Below, in pieces: positions 48,101-57,307 of a stretch of 64,000 nt of DNA (its first letter is position 1; each line of letters starts with the position of its first letter). A model generated the notes under the pieces. It worked only from the letters and a program-made list of their open reading frames with translations, did not search any database and was not told where the DNA came from. The stretch spans positions 1 to 64,000 of the IMG/VR virus record IMGVR_UViG_3300033143_001962, one strand, 5' to 3'. The position numbers and the translations under genes were made by a program.

Positions 48101-51100
48101 AGTAGATACAAACGCTCACAAAACTTTAAGTGCAGACGCAGTAGCTCAGTACATTGAATCACCAATTAGCTCAGGCATAGCGTACTGTGCATTAATTGAT
48201 CAAAACATTGTAGGGCTGTATAACTGTAAAGAAATTATCAACAGCACTAAGTCAGTACTACATATTGAATACGATAAGATTAAAAATGATAACAATGTAT
48301 TCCACGAGTACAGCTTATTAAGAGAAAACTTTGCCAATGACTTCTTACCAGATGGGCTGTACAAAAAGTTCCAAGACAGCTTATGTGGCGTTGATAGCTT
48401 AGGCAATAAAGTACCGGATGTTAACTTAAGTTATAGTGATAGATTTGGTATTGATTTTAGACCACGTAAGTCTATGTTCATTGATAAGTTTGCAGCTCTG
48501 ACAAGTTATTTAGAGCGTGTTAATGCTATAATGAAATTAAGCACTATTGCAGAGTCTAGGGTTTATCCTTTACTTAATAGTGAAGAGCCTATCCCTGCGC
48601 AAGCATCAGGTGCATGGGATGAAAAAGTATTTAATACAGAAGAACTATCGTTCCAGGACTTAAACATTGTTCCAGCAGGGCACACGTACTTACTTGAAAC
48701 AGATAGTAATAGTAACGGCTTATGGGCAATTTACGAAGTAACAGCCACCAAGACTTTACAATTAAAACGTGTGCAAAGTTATGACACTAAACGTTTTTGG
48801 AGTACTGAGAATTGGTACGCAGAAGACTTTAGTCCGTTTACTAAATCGGATTATGTTGTAGGCACTTATGCAGAATTAGCAGCAATAGACGCAGCTAACA
48901 ACGCAGTGGCTAAAGTACTTGAGAACAGTGTTAACAAGTGGGAAATATACAGATACGAAACTGATACATGGGTACGTGTTGCGTTAGAAAGCGGAACTAT
49001 ACAGTTCAATGAACGTTTATGGAATTATGACTTAGGACGTTACGGTTGGGATACAGAAGTATTTGATGCACAATACAACGATGAAGAACCAGTAATTGAA
49101 TTAAGAAAAATTATTCAATCAATTAACGAAGAAATATTAATTGGTGACTTAGCAGTGGAACGTAACAAAGCGTTCATGTCAATGTTTAATTACATATTGT
49201 CGGAGCAACCACATGTTGATTGGTTGTACAAGACAAGTTTAATTGATGTGAATCACAGAGTACGTAGCTTAAGTCAATATGCAGTATACCAGAAAGATAA
49301 CCAAGACTACTTAGCAGATTACATCAAGGAAGCTAAGCCTTATCATACTAAGATTAAAGACTTATTACTTAGCTATGACGGCAACGATGTATTTGATGGC
49401 TCACTGACTGACTTTGATTGTCCAGCAGTGTACAGCGATGAGTACAATAAATTTATTAGCCCGATCTTAGATGATGGTGCTATCCTTACAACAGACGTAA
49501 GCAATGTACTTGCAGATGATGCACAATGGCAAACAAGCCCATGGGCTGAATGGTACAACAACTACAGATTAAATATCAGTGAAGTTGAAATAGTTAACCC
49601 AGGTAGTGGATATACATTTGCTCCTACTGTTACTGTTACAGGTGACTGTGTAAATCCTGCAGAGCTTATTGCAGTGGTATCAGGCACAGGCGAAATTAAA
49701 GAAATAGAAATTGTTAAAGCAGGCTGCGGATACATTAGCGCACCAATTATTACAATAGAAGGTGGTAACGGCAACGGCGCTACTGCATTAGCTATTACAG
49801 GTAACAACGTAGTCAGAACGCTAAACACTACTATTAAGTACGATAGGTACGAATACGAGTCAAACGTAGTAGAGTGGGAAGCACTAACTGAGTACACCGA
49901 AGACCAATTAGTACGTGTTAACAATGCAGTATATAAAGTGCTTACAACAGAAGAAAGTGCAGAAACATTTAACCCAGCATTACATGAGTTAGTTGATATC
50001 GAAACCTTAAGTGGTATTGATAGAACAACAGGCTACTATGTGAGTGATGTTAACAACCCAGGACTAGACTTATCATTATTAATTAATGGCATTGCATACC
50101 CGGGTGTTGAAGTTGACAGTGTACACTTTGCACAATCACTTGACTCAGTAGGTCCAGAAGGCTTACCGACGTACAGTGAAGAAATAATAGATACAATTTA
50201 CGAGAGCGCGTTCTTAGATACTTACTTAGGCACAACGCCTATAGATATTAATATAGACGGCGGTATGTTCATTGATACATATCACTCACATGCACCGGAC
50301 GAATTAGTTCCAGGTGCAATGTTTGATACACTTGATATTAAAGTGTTTAGTCGCCCTGGCTCAGACTACAACAATGATGGACATGGGTTTGATATACAAA
50401 GCGTAACGAATACAGCAAGTGGAACAACAGGCACGTTTAGCTTTGATGCCGCAGCAAATCACGCAATTGAGCTTGTAGTTGTTAATTTAACAACAGGAGC
50501 AACATTGTACGAAGGTGCAAATTACAGCATTAACTGGACTGACAAGACAGTAGAAGTTACTAGCGGTATTGTACAGGGTGATGAAGTTAAGATATTTGTT
50601 TATGAAATTGGCGGTGGCAATCAGTTGTACAGAGCTACAATGACAGGCGATGAAGCTAATAATACATTTACTGTACCGGCTAAACTGGACGAAATATATA
50701 ATATTGTAATGTTTGCCAATGGTGTTGAACTTACTAACGTAACAACAACCCCAATTAATAATCAGTCATCACTTGTTACTATAACAGGCACTTTACAAGC
50801 AGATGCATTTGTTACTGTTACGGTATTTGGATTTAATATTCCGCAGCGCGACGAAAGCTACCCAGTTACACAAACGTTTATATATGGTACTGATGCACTT
50901 GAAATGGACGTTGATGCATTGACTGGTAAGAACAGACATAACGCTATTGTTGAAGTAAACGGCTTACGTTTACAGCCAGAAGAAGGTGTGCGTAGTATTG
51001 CAAATGGAATAAACACAACGTTCTTATTGCCACAAGGCGGCAATTACAGTCATGACTTAGTTGCAGATAATGAAGTGTCTGTATATGTTAACGATGTGTT

Positions 51101-52130
51101 ACTTGCGAATGGAATTGATTACACATTAAGCCCAGCAGCTCCACAAGCTGCAAGATACGGCACAGCGAAGTACGGTACAGCATTGTATTATAATAGCACC
51201 GGGAACTTTATCCCGCGTTATGTAATATTAAACACTGCACCAGTTGATGGTCAGAAAGTAGAAGTATTTGTTAGTCACGAAACAGCATACGAATTTGATG
51301 TTAACACATTAATATTAGATGCAGCACCAACTAACGGTGATATTGTAGCAGTAACAACATTTAAAGATGTTAGAGAACTTGATATACTAACAGAAGTATA
51401 TGTTGGCCCAACACAAATCGAAGAAGCACAGTTAGACTTGTACGATACAGAAGGTTACGATACACTTGCTTTTGATTTAACATCAGGTGTAGACGTAGAT
51501 GTAAATGTATTCCGAAGCAGTAAGATTGCACTAGCAAATACAAATAGACTATGGGTAACATTAAACGGTGAACGTTTAGCAGCTGGCGAAGATTATAGAA
51601 TTGAGAACACTAACGAGTTAGTACTTACAATTCCAGTAATATCTGAGACAGATGTTGTAGCCGTAACTAGTATTACTGATAGTATTATTACAGATGGTTC
51701 AGAGTTCCGTATATTTAAAGATATGCGTGACAGTGTTGGTATGTACAAAATCTCAGATACTACAACTACAGAATTAATACAAGATTTAAACATAGCAGAC
51801 GACATAATACATGTACGTGATGCAAGTGTACTAGGACAGCCGAATCTAGCTATTGCTAAGTTTGGTATATTAACTATTAACGGTGAGCGCATTACATACA
51901 GAGAACGCGACTTACTTAACAATACGGTTAGTGGGTTACGTCGTGGTACAGCTGGCACAGGTGCAGCAGATTTGCACAGTGCAGATGACAGAGCTTACGA
52001 TATTAGTTCTAAGAGTTTTGTACAATGGGATTATGATAGAATATGGTACGCTGTAGGTGATGGCGAAGCGTCAAATGGAATTCCGTTACAGGACCAAGCG
52101 ACGATACCTGCTTTATTCATTAAAAAGTAA
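39102..52130 (+). CDS. giant 4342-aa baseplate/tail structural protein (gp7-like position)
   Basis: Follows gp6; repeated V.V(N/D)G...DY beta modules, FG-GAP-like propeller repeats, NPGSGYT.AP modules, KPYHTK motif. Confidence 0.7.
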   Translation: MARIRSVDFLPEIFQTETNKKFLNSTLDQLIQEPKFKEVQGYIGRRNAPGATPTDGYVLEPTADRTNYQLEPGVTFKDSDGKTIDALSYLGLINGLKAAGANVDNHDRLFRSETYSWSPFIDFDKFVNYSQYFWLPAGPDSVDVGELADGVLLTNDFNMEQEEDTYSVEDYSIDNPIITVARGGEYTFNVNQPGQEFFIQAQPGADGTMPWAANISSRDVLGVSNNGEDSGAVQFNVPQSNAQDFYHNLTSIGDVDLATSVRMDEIADQLLDDVGEHLGIQNINNNTIVFLNDQLGDAVDLGWINNGIPLTTLAERYQVFKIVLEDVAGDVYVRLNPYQLVNNLEKFTVQYGNEHSNKTFYKTQQGVFKEMPILTASLTTLYYQDSSHPDRFGVINIVDANESPTLNISDILGRTDYTSANAVVFTNGLKVKFRGNTNPAEYSDNEYFVEGVGTAIKLVAVSDLIIPEAYAKSTTAPWDTSPFDSAGLDGTLNAPLDQDYITINRSSIDRNAWSRSNRWFHIDVITKTAEYNNVVLDLDNNDRADRPVIEFDADLRLFNYGTNGKDSINIVDTTEVDALSNVNDEESYTIDGYNLVEGSRVVFAADADLSVRNKIYVVELVDLNNNGTETINLTLAEDSESENNDVVLVTNGLTQQGAVFTFTNNVWVQSQQKESVNQAPLFDVFDTAGTSLSDLQAYPSTSFAGTKAFSYAEGTGLKDKVLGFPLKYLNIDNLGDIVFENNLYTDTFIYVENSVSKDNSPVGDGYLRKYSTREEYTNEIGWSKTVEESYLAQILNFEYTGAALELDVLPKVGLSIPAVHITINNEFINPSDYTVTDNVITCSNIIAEIGDTITVNVISDEVSKLGYYEIPSNIASNMFNENTDLLTLGTIRNHFNNLSQHILDIDGDVNGANNLRDLGDISRYGNLIVQQSAPLALAAMFMRNKEYNFFSATEFNARQYEKFKNQLMDWVSKNEVYGMDAGEVLDAALKELNANKHVDGSFYWSDMLATGEDFEATEYGITAISTNTFTTLYSYNYTSANSKALLVYVNNELLTKDAEYTVANDGPRIEILTTLDVGDIVTIKEYNTTVGSGIPSTPTKMGMYPKFKPELYTDNTYVKPTDVIRGHDGSVTVAHGDFSDDVLLEFEKRVYNNIKVNAEIPLLYSDVQGGQFRFTDYTDAEINQVLAPSLLSWLGWNRIDYKTQDYNKLESKTWNYSSAQCKEGDKVAKGNWRGIYNCFYDTDAPHERPWEMLGLTEQPTWWKNRYGPAPYTAGNLVLWDDLEIGLIKEPGNERIAERFVRPGLTNVLPVDGEGKLLMPLDTVISDYTEYDFKKSWALGDHGPAETAWRKSSAFPYAVQTLLALTKPAQYFSLMADRDRYTYNTDFNQYLYDERHRIDSRKVEILEEDTFKHSYINWIVDYNKHYGYNSSEKLKEDMSNLGVSLMHHMASFTDKNSLRIFTDKSSPDSTNSSLLLPDESYNLLMYKNQPFDEIIYSSVIVQKTEDGYSVSGNSATNPYFKIFASEPTGQFKTITVGRTERTSTSVNVPKDFTEEVVFIPYGHVFRSRQAVADFIVSYNKYLVAQGLQFNDAVGTIQVDWEEMVKEFIYWTDQGWSTGSVVNLNPSASTLEFERELVLVDDLNNLELNEQPLDQNREPLQSGDYVVDRIDNNFKIRMLNNNVISYLKFNLTNFEHLLVLDNVSIFNDLMYDPVTGVRQHRVKLSGFATYDWNGQLDAQGFLYNDDNVVEWSQTNSYNTGDIVKFKNSYWSAAEKLQPAAEFDFSKWVKTNYNDIKKGLLPNIATKADQQLDFYNNKTANLESDVDLMALGLTGFRARDYLRALDLHDISQAHIYSDMIQSKGTADSLNLFQDVILNNEVVDYEIYENWAIKRAEFGASSSRSYIELQLDETFHTSNPSIVEVVNATIDAEFGDQTITTANIYKQSEKNIDKNILPTNGDKNLDTMLPSAGFVNPDDVDIAIFELADFPEVTDVIDGTLVWVAKDTVTDWNVYRAFELEAVITDVLDNLDGSLTLIFDTEHGLAASEILVVQNVDAALVDGTHIISSVTDDFKVVIPGELAQNQTTIDDVTGTALKFLSVRMENPSSIAGSFVDNRLFATDTVWINEYNSKGAVYEKSSPFTPVVSYISPEEEANSEYGYDVVQGYNGAGMMVSDPAINTKGQVFCFDKFGSADYILNQVLKLRSTEVARYGESLAMSEEWAVIGAPGDGASIPGVAVLVSRDKVKGLFNEIQVMTHPDATNATLLDTEFGKNVTLSTDENWLYVSEPNANKVHSYQKVEHQAQTIATTMDGITQNIFVEDVIKADTKNELSVTLDGNLLSTAEYEYDGTNVVFDVTPADGVIARVSRLDSNVFDGNGSAQFTINNVYALNGIDSIRVAIDGNIQRPRYDYTLAGNVLTFTTAPDLGTNNIVVTVDTHFAYVSTIAEASGDFSTAVDATTDSSHIIITAPADDKAYIYDRVVERFVVHKDDALLEPITFTLNPIAGRTVSGNVFVNGVKQIKEGFNVNPNYSVSGNTITFITDNVKVGDFVDVDTTEFKEIQTLTGPAGSSFGNDVSICKSKCSIYFGAENDNDGEGSVVRYVNKTRMYGIIQSTIQDLTVSVGDSLRVNNVEIVFTGTTIDQVAQDVNDAAIPNVIASVNDGYLIIELKNKTITSIANKLDVLPGKGTTMASLGLQSYYNGQTITSPQPAAGAHFGSSVQIDLNLNQLIVAAVNGPIAYGADTTEVLADTTAYTADMASTGVVYTYDLLPDATEFSEGKLVFGQQVIDDKMVTTGLFGNAVSLVDGTLVVASIAYDTDTLTDVGRVAIFENKENKLSWNAIKTEKDIVDVSLINSVFIYNNETFAVEQYLDYIDPLNGKILGVAKQNIDYIETKEPTVYGSDFTGALWGKQQVGQMWWDISTCRFVDYNQNDSVQASKLWGKMYPGSSVDVYQWIESDVTPDLYDGAGTVYDVTKFVTMSEINNSGIIQNTYYYWVKGVNAVDTNAHKTLSADAVAQYIESPISSGIAYCALIDQNIVGLYNCKEIINSTKSVLHIEYDKIKNDNNVFHEYSLLRENFANDFLPDGLYKKFQDSLCGVDSLGNKVPDVNLSYSDRFGIDFRPRKSMFIDKFAALTSYLERVNAIMKLSTIAESRVYPLLNSEEPIPAQASGAWDEKVFNTEELSFQDLNIVPAGHTYLLETDSNSNGLWAIYEVTATKTLQLKRVQSYDTKRFWSTENWYAEDFSPFTKSDYVVGTYAELAAIDAANNAVAKVLENSVNKWEIYRYETDTWVRVALESGTIQFNERLWNYDLGRYGWDTEVFDAQYNDEEPVIELRKIIQSINEEILIGDLAVERNKAFMSMFNYILSEQPHVDWLYKTSLIDVNHRVRSLSQYAVYQKDNQDYLADYIKEAKPYHTKIKDLLLSYDGNDVFDGSLTDFDCPAVYSDEYNKFISPILDDGAILTTDVSNVLADDAQWQTSPWAEWYNNYRLNISEVEIVNPGSGYTFAPTVTVTGDCVNPAELIAVVSGTGEIKEIEIVKAGCGYISAPIITIEGGNGNGATALAITGNNVVRTLNTTIKYDRYEYESNVVEWEALTEYTEDQLVRVNNAVYKVLTTEESAETFNPALHELVDIETLSGIDRTTGYYVSDVNNPGLDLSLLINGIAYPGVEVDSVHFAQSLDSVGPEGLPTYSEEIIDTIYESAFLDTYLGTTPIDINIDGGMFIDTYHSHAPDELVPGAMFDTLDIKVFSRPGSDYNNDGHGFDIQSVTNTASGTTGTFSFDAAANHAIELVVVNLTTGATLYEGANYSINWTDKTVEVTSGIVQGDEVKIFVYEIGGGNQLYRATMTGDEANNTFTVPAKLDEIYNIVMFANGVELTNVTTTPINNQSSLVTITGTLQADAFVTVTVFGFNIPQRDESYPVTQTFIYGTDALEMDVDALTGKNRHNAIVEVNGLRLQPEEGVRSIANGINTTFLLPQGGNYSHDLVADNEVSVYVNDVLLANGIDYTLSPAAPQAARYGTAKYGTALYYNSTGNFIPRYVILNTAPVDGQKVEVFVSHETAYEFDVNTLILDAAPTNGDIVAVTTFKDVRELDILTEVYVGPTQIEEAQLDLYDTEGYDTLAFDLTSGVDVDVNVFRSSKIALANTNRLWVTLNGERLAAGEDYRIENTNELVLTIPVISETDVVAVTSITDSIITDGSEFRIFKDMRDSVGMYKISDTTTTELIQDLNIADDIIHVRDASVLGQPNLAIAKFGILTINGERITYRERDLLNNTVSGLRRGTAGTGAADLHSADDRAYDISSKSFVQWDYDRIWYAVGDGEASNGIPLQDQATIPALFIKK

Positions 52131-52162
52131 GCAGTTAATGATTTGGATAAATAATAGCAATT

Positions 52163-52813
52163 ATGCAAGACGATAAAAAACAAGAGAGTACAGAAGAAGT
52201 GAAAAAACCAAACGAACAAAGCGGCGTACAGGTTACAGGTCACATTAAAATTACTGATCCTGTCACAGGCGAAGTAATACTTGACAAACGCAACGCTATT
52301 CATTATGAAAACTTCAGTGAGTCACTGGCTAATAGCTTGTCCAATAAGAATGTTGGGCAAATATATCAAATGTCATTTGGCAACGGCGGCACAAGTGTTG
52401 ATCCTACAGGCGTAATTACTTACTTGCCTGCTAACTCAACAGGTCAGAACGCTGATTTGTACAATCAAACATATTCAAAAGTAGTTGACGATAGTTCAAC
52501 TGCTAATACAGATACTTCAAGAAACAATTTAACAGTTATTCATACTAGTGGTAAGGTTTACACTGATATACTAGTTAGTTGCTTACTTGATTATGGTGAG
52601 CCATCAGGACAACAAGCGTTCGATAATAGTACGCAACTTGATGGAGAGTTTGTATTTGATGAACTTGGCTTAAAGAGCTGGTACGGAAGTGCCGAGGATT
52701 TGAAATTAATCACTCATGTAGTTTTCCACCCAGTGCAAAAGTCCTTGAACAGACAAATACAAATAGATTATACAGTTCGCATCCAGACGTTGACGAACTT
52801 GTCAACAACTTAA
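52163..52813 (+). CDS. virion structural protein (baseplate/tail)
   Basis: Late box upstream; FVFDELGL, THVVFHPVQKSLNR.IQIDYT. Confidence 0.55.
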   Translation: MQDDKKQESTEEVKKPNEQSGVQVTGHIKITDPVTGEVILDKRNAIHYENFSESLANSLSNKNVGQIYQMSFGNGGTSVDPTGVITYLPANSTGQNADLYNQTYSKVVDDSSTANTDTSRNNLTVIHTSGKVYTDILVSCLLDYGEPSGQQAFDNSTQLDGEFVFDELGLKSWYGSAEDLKLITHVVFHPVQKSLNRQIQIDYTVRIQTLTNLSTT

Positions 52814-52846
52814 AATGATAAATAAAGCTAATATACGGAGCAATCG

Positions 52847-54340
52847 ATGGCTTATACAATAAACAAAACAGATGGTTCTATCTTCGCAACAGTATCGGAT
52901 GGAACAATCAATACAGACAGTAGTGTTACTGTCATTGGTAAAAACTACGCTGGTTACGGCGAATTTTTAGGTGAAAACTTTTTACGCCTTTTAGAAAACG
53001 GTTCAAATGCGGCAGCACCAGCTAACCCATTACAGGGCCAGCTATGGTTTGATTCAGCAGCAGGTTTACTTAAAGTATTTAACGGTACAACATTTAAGAA
53101 CTTAGGCGCAGCGGCAGCAGACAGTGTTGCTCCACCAAGTAATGTAACAGGCGACATGTGGTTTGACACAGTTAACTCACAGTTAAACGTTTATGATGGA
53201 GCTGACTTTATATTAGTTGGTCCAGCATTTACAGCAGGCACAGGTACTTCTGGCGCCATTGTTGATACTATCCAAGATAGTTTAGCAGTTGATCACGTTG
53301 TAATTAAATTATACGCAGAAGACGACATTGTAGCTATTGTAAGCAAAGACACAGAATTTACAATTGGTACACCACTGCCAGGTTTCGCAACAACAATTAC
53401 TCCAGGTGTTCAATTAGCATCAACAGTAAACGGTGAGATTCCAACGTTTATCGGTCAAGCTACAGATTCACAATTATTAGACGGTATCGACAGCACAGGC
53501 TTTATTAGTGCTACTACTGATGACACTACAACAGGAACAATTGGCATTTTAAATGACAACGGTTTAACAGTTGGCGCAGATAGCGATGCAAAGATTACAG
53601 TAAGTGGCACAAATGTTACAGTTGGTAATACAACATTAGACGGAGACTTGATTTTACAAGTTAACGATGGAGGCGTACCAACTGACGTTATAACAATAGA
53701 TGGCGCGACAGGTAGAGCAACAGTAGCAGCACCACTTACTGCAAACGATGTAGCTAACAAAGATTATATCGATACTGCAATAACAGCAGCCGTTGATCCT
53801 GTTACAGGTACTGCATTACTTAAAGATGGTAGCAATGATGTCACTGGCGTTATTAACCCAGCAGCAGATAATGCAACAGATTTCGGTGAAGTAGCAAAAC
53901 GTTGGGCAACAGTACATGCAGTAACATTTAGCGGTAAAGCTACGACAGCACAGTACGCGGATTTGGCGGAACGCTTTGAAGCAGATGCTACAATGGTTCC
54001 AGGCACAGTAGTTGAGTTAGGCGGTATAGCAGAAATTACAGCTTCGGTAAGTGATTTATCAAGTGAAGTGTTTGGTGTTATAAGTACTAATGCAGCGTTC
54101 TTAATGAACTCAGACGCAGGCACAAATGAAACGCATCCACCAGTAGCAATGAGCGGTAGAGTACCGGTCAGAGTTATTGGAACGATAAATAAAGGACAGC
54201 GTTTAGTGTCGGCAGGCGACGGCTTAGCCAGAGCAGCTACACTAGAAGAAATTAACTCTTTCAATGTAATCGGAAGAGCACTAGAAAGTAAAACAACAAG
54301 CGGCGAAGGTGTAATTGAAGCATTCGTAACCGTTAACTAA
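52847..54340 (+). CDS. tail fibre-like protein with C-terminal chaperone-like domain
   Basis: Two G.(L/M)WFD.....L.V(F/Y).G repeats; C-terminal AQYADLAERF...PGTVV..GG..EIT...GRVPVRV. Confidence 0.7.
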   Translation: MAYTINKTDGSIFATVSDGTINTDSSVTVIGKNYAGYGEFLGENFLRLLENGSNAAAPANPLQGQLWFDSAAGLLKVFNGTTFKNLGAAAADSVAPPSNVTGDMWFDTVNSQLNVYDGADFILVGPAFTAGTGTSGAIVDTIQDSLAVDHVVIKLYAEDDIVAIVSKDTEFTIGTPLPGFATTITPGVQLASTVNGEIPTFIGQATDSQLLDGIDSTGFISATTDDTTTGTIGILNDNGLTVGADSDAKITVSGTNVTVGNTTLDGDLILQVNDGGVPTDVITIDGATGRATVAAPLTANDVANKDYIDTAITAAVDPVTGTALLKDGSNDVTGVINPAADNATDFGEVAKRWATVHAVTFSGKATTAQYADLAERFEADATMVPGTVVELGGIAEITASVSDLSSEVFGVISTNAAFLMNSDAGTNETHPPVAMSGRVPVRVIGTINKGQRLVSAGDGLARAATLEEINSFNVIGRALESKTTSGEGVIEAFVTVN

Positions 54341-54361
54341 TTAAACAGGAATTTTTAAAAC

Positions 54362-55282
54362 ATGGCTTATACATCGGGCAACACAATATTAGATGACGAG
54401 TACAACAGCTTTGCAGCAAGTGTGAACGCAGTTATGTCGACAGGTAGTGGCGAAGGCGGTTACGGGCAAGGTGCAGTGTCTACAGTATCAGCAGGTACTA
54501 TAGTGTCAGCAGCACAATGGGCAACATTGCTAAACAAAATTAGCTCAGCAGCGTCGCATCAAGGTTCTAGTATTACAGGTATTGCTAACCCAGTAACAAC
54601 AGATACTATTACAGCAGAAGCAGCACTTACTAGTAACATTTCGACTATCGGAACTAACAAGAAAAACGCAGCGGCAAGTGGTACAGCTATCACAGCTGGT
54701 GGCACTTCGTCAACTACAGCATCATGGACTACAACACGCGCAACAACACAGCGCGTAACATTTGGCAGTACTGAACAAAGACGTTTCTTTTTCAACGCAG
54801 GTGGACGTATTACGATTTCGTTCTCGCGTACTGGCGGAACAGCACATGCTAAAAATACAGGTTGGACAGATTTATGTACAGCTTGCGGCACAATTAACTT
54901 AACTGGTGGTAGTGCAGCTAAAACAATAGCAGCGGTATCATACACAGGTCTTTCAAAGAAAGGCGGAAGCGGCACAGTGTCTATACTAAACACAGGTACA
55001 GGTGAAGAAGATTTAACTGGTACGTTAGTAACTCATTTCAGACAGTACGATGCATCTGCAAATTATACAGCAAATCGAATCGATCTTGCGCTTGCTGATG
55101 GTGCAGCAACTATTGACATCAGAACAACATTCATTGATGATGCTGCTGACGAACCTGAAGATCCAAGCCTTGATATAGTAGATGGCACTTTAACTTGTAC
55201 AGTAACAGTAGTTCCACCAAGTACTGCTAATTTATCTAGCACTTGGGGCACACCTAGTATTAGTACTACTGAAGCACTATAA
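54362..55282 (+). CDS. Thr/Ser/Gly-rich tail structural protein
   Basis: MAYT start like the preceding fibre gene; RFFFNAGGRI motif. Confidence 0.6.
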   Translation: MAYTSGNTILDDEYNSFAASVNAVMSTGSGEGGYGQGAVSTVSAGTIVSAAQWATLLNKISSAASHQGSSITGIANPVTTDTITAEAALTSNISTIGTNKKNAAASGTAITAGGTSSTTASWTTTRATTQRVTFGSTEQRRFFFNAGGRITISFSRTGGTAHAKNTGWTDLCTACGTINLTGGSAAKTIAAVSYTGLSKKGGSGTVSILNTGTGEEDLTGTLVTHFRQYDASANYTANRIDLALADGAATIDIRTTFIDDAADEPEDPSLDIVDGTLTCTVTVVPPSTANLSSTWGTPSISTTEAL

Positions 55283-55302
55283 CATTTTGGTACAATCCAA
55301 TT

Positions 55303-55331
55303 AAGTAAGGGGCTTTTGCCCCTTTACTTTT
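55303..55331 (+). terminator. intrinsic terminator ending the tail operon
   Basis: AGTAAGGGGC-TTTT-GCCCCTTTACT-TTT. Confidence 0.75.
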
Positions 55332-55351
55332 GACTTCTTTTTTGCTATAAT
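55323..55351 (+). promoter_or_regulatory. sigma70-type promoter for the modification cluster
   Basis: TTTACT-17-TATAAT with TGn. ATG at 55358 follows almost immediately, so the mRNA may be leaderless. Confidence 0.55.
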
Positions 55352-55357
55352 TAGCAG

Positions 55358-55666
55358 ATGAAAGATAAACTCAAAAACGTCCGCCAGCACTTCGATCACG
55401 ATGCTGCAAAACAAATACTCAAAGAAAAGTACGAAGCCAAAATGCTATTTGCAGCTTTCGAAGGCATGTGGAAAGCAGGTCCAGAATTAATTAATACACT
55501 CAAAATTGAAATTACTGGTTGCTATGCAAACATGGTATTAATTGACGAGTACGGTAATCCATGTAGCGTTAAGAGAATGGAATTATTATCATTGGCTCAA
55601 CAACGTTGGAAAGAACAAATGAATGGTTGGCACAAAGAATTTGAAGAGTTGCAAAGTAAACGATGA
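55358..55666 (+). CDS. hypothetical protein
   Basis: VLID.YGNP motif; coupled to the next gene. Confidence 0.55.
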   Translation: MKDKLKNVRQHFDHDAAKQILKEKYEAKMLFAAFEGMWKAGPELINTLKIEITGCYANMVLIDEYGNPCSVKRMELLSLAQQRWKEQMNGWHKEFEELQSKR

Positions 55667-56478
55667 GTAGAGGCGTACTAATATTTGCGTTTAACAATAA
55701 AACGTTAGACTACTTTAAGCAAGCAGTCTGGGTAGCTGATAGAGTACAGCGATTCCTTAACCTTCCAACAACTATTGTTACTGACGAAGCAAGCTTAAGC
55801 ACAAAAACAGAGCACAATGTTATTATTAAAGAAGTACACGTTATGTCTAAACGTGTATTTGATGTTAGTAAAGGATCACAGTCTGATTTTTGGTTTAATG
55901 CTAATCGCTTCCAAGCATACGATCTTACGCCGTACGACGAAACTATAGTAATTGATAGTGACTACATTGTTAGCAGCGATCAACTTAATTTATTATTTGA
56001 TTCGCCACATGACTTCTTATGTCATAGAGATGTGTACGATGTGTCTAATAGAAATAGCTTAAGTGGGGATTGCACATTTGGTAAGGTGCAAATGCCGCAC
56101 TACTGGGCTACTGTCTTATTCTTCCGCGAGTCAGCTCTTGCAGAAGACATGTTTGAGCTAATAGAAATGATTAAAGAGAATTGGAAATTTTATAGTCAGT
56201 TGTATCAGTTCACTGGAGCATTGTTCCGTAATGACTTTGCAGTTAGTATAGCACTGTCTATTGTTTACGGGCATAGATTACATGCTATTCCTACTATACC
56301 GTGGAACTTGCCTACAGCGGTAACAGATATAGAAGCTACGCAAATAGATGATACAACATTTGAATTAACGTACGAGAAGCACTACAGGAATAAGAAACGT
56401 CCTATGAAAACAATTATTAAAGATCAAGACTTACACTTGTTTAATAAGGTAGCGTTAGAGGCAATGATAGATGCATAA
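55663..56478 (+). CDS. nucleotide-diphospho-sugar transferase-like protein (GT-A)
   Basis: GVLIFAFN, TPYDETIVIDSD (DxD), YWATVLFF, FRNDFA. Confidence 0.65.
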   Translation: MSRGVLIFAFNNKTLDYFKQAVWVADRVQRFLNLPTTIVTDEASLSTKTEHNVIIKEVHVMSKRVFDVSKGSQSDFWFNANRFQAYDLTPYDETIVIDSDYIVSSDQLNLLFDSPHDFLCHRDVYDVSNRNSLSGDCTFGKVQMPHYWATVLFFRESALAEDMFELIEMIKENWKFYSQLYQFTGALFRNDFAVSIALSIVYGHRLHAIPTIPWNLPTAVTDIEATQIDDTTFELTYEKHYRNKKRPMKTIIKDQDLHLFNKVALEAMIDA

Positions 56479-57307
56479 GTTAGACCCAAACGGTTACTTA
56501 ATAGTAGCAACTAACACAGATGATGTAGACTACATTGATTGTGCGGTTGCATGTGCGCGTAGTATTAGATTGCACACACCAGACGCTAAGATATGCTTAT
56601 TAACTACTAGCGATGTGAAATTGGTCGCACATACAGTATTTGATTACATTAAGTTATTTCCGTACCCAGTCAATAAAGAAAATCCATTTGCAAACGATTG
56701 GCAAATATACCACGCAAGTCCATTCCGTGAAACGATTAAAATAGAAGCGGATATGATTATCCCGCATAGTATCGAACATTGGTTTAGTATGCTTAGACAC
56801 AAAGATGTTGTACTAACACTTGGAGCAAGGAACTACAAAAATGAAAAAACAAATGAAAGACATTATAGAAAAATATTTGATGCAAATAATTTACCTGACG
56901 TATATAATGCGATTACTTACTGGCGCGTAAGTCAAACAGCACATGACTTCTTTGCGTTAGTTAAGCATTTATTTGATGCATGGCCAGACGTGCAGCAGCA
57001 AATTAAATTAGGCAGTACTGACATTGGCACTACAGATTTAGTGTACGCAATAGCGGCAAGGTCTATGGGTGTAGAAAAAGTAACTTTGCCAGAAACATCA
57101 TATCCTACGCTTATACATATGAAAGGAAGGATAAATAAGCTTGTAGGCGAAGACTGGACAAAAGAATGCGTTTACGAATTCGATAAATCAAACATTCGTA
57201 TTAACACTATCGATCAACAATATCCCTTTCATTACCAAGTCAAAGAATTTAGCAAGGAATTAAACAAATATTATGACGAACTTCTTCAAAGCCCTGAGCC
57301 AAGTTAA
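56471..57307 (+). CDS. GT-A-like paralogue
   Basis: GYLIVA.N, SPFRETIKIEADM, LPDVYNA..Y. Confidence 0.6.
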   Translation: MHKLDPNGYLIVATNTDDVDYIDCAVACARSIRLHTPDAKICLLTTSDVKLVAHTVFDYIKLFPYPVNKENPFANDWQIYHASPFRETIKIEADMIIPHSIEHWFSMLRHKDVVLTLGARNYKNEKTNERHYRKIFDANNLPDVYNAITYWRVSQTAHDFFALVKHLFDAWPDVQQQIKLGSTDIGTTDLVYAIAARSMGVEKVTLPETSYPTLIHMKGRINKLVGEDWTKECVYEFDKSNIRINTIDQQYPFHYQVKEFSKELNKYYDELLQSPEPS

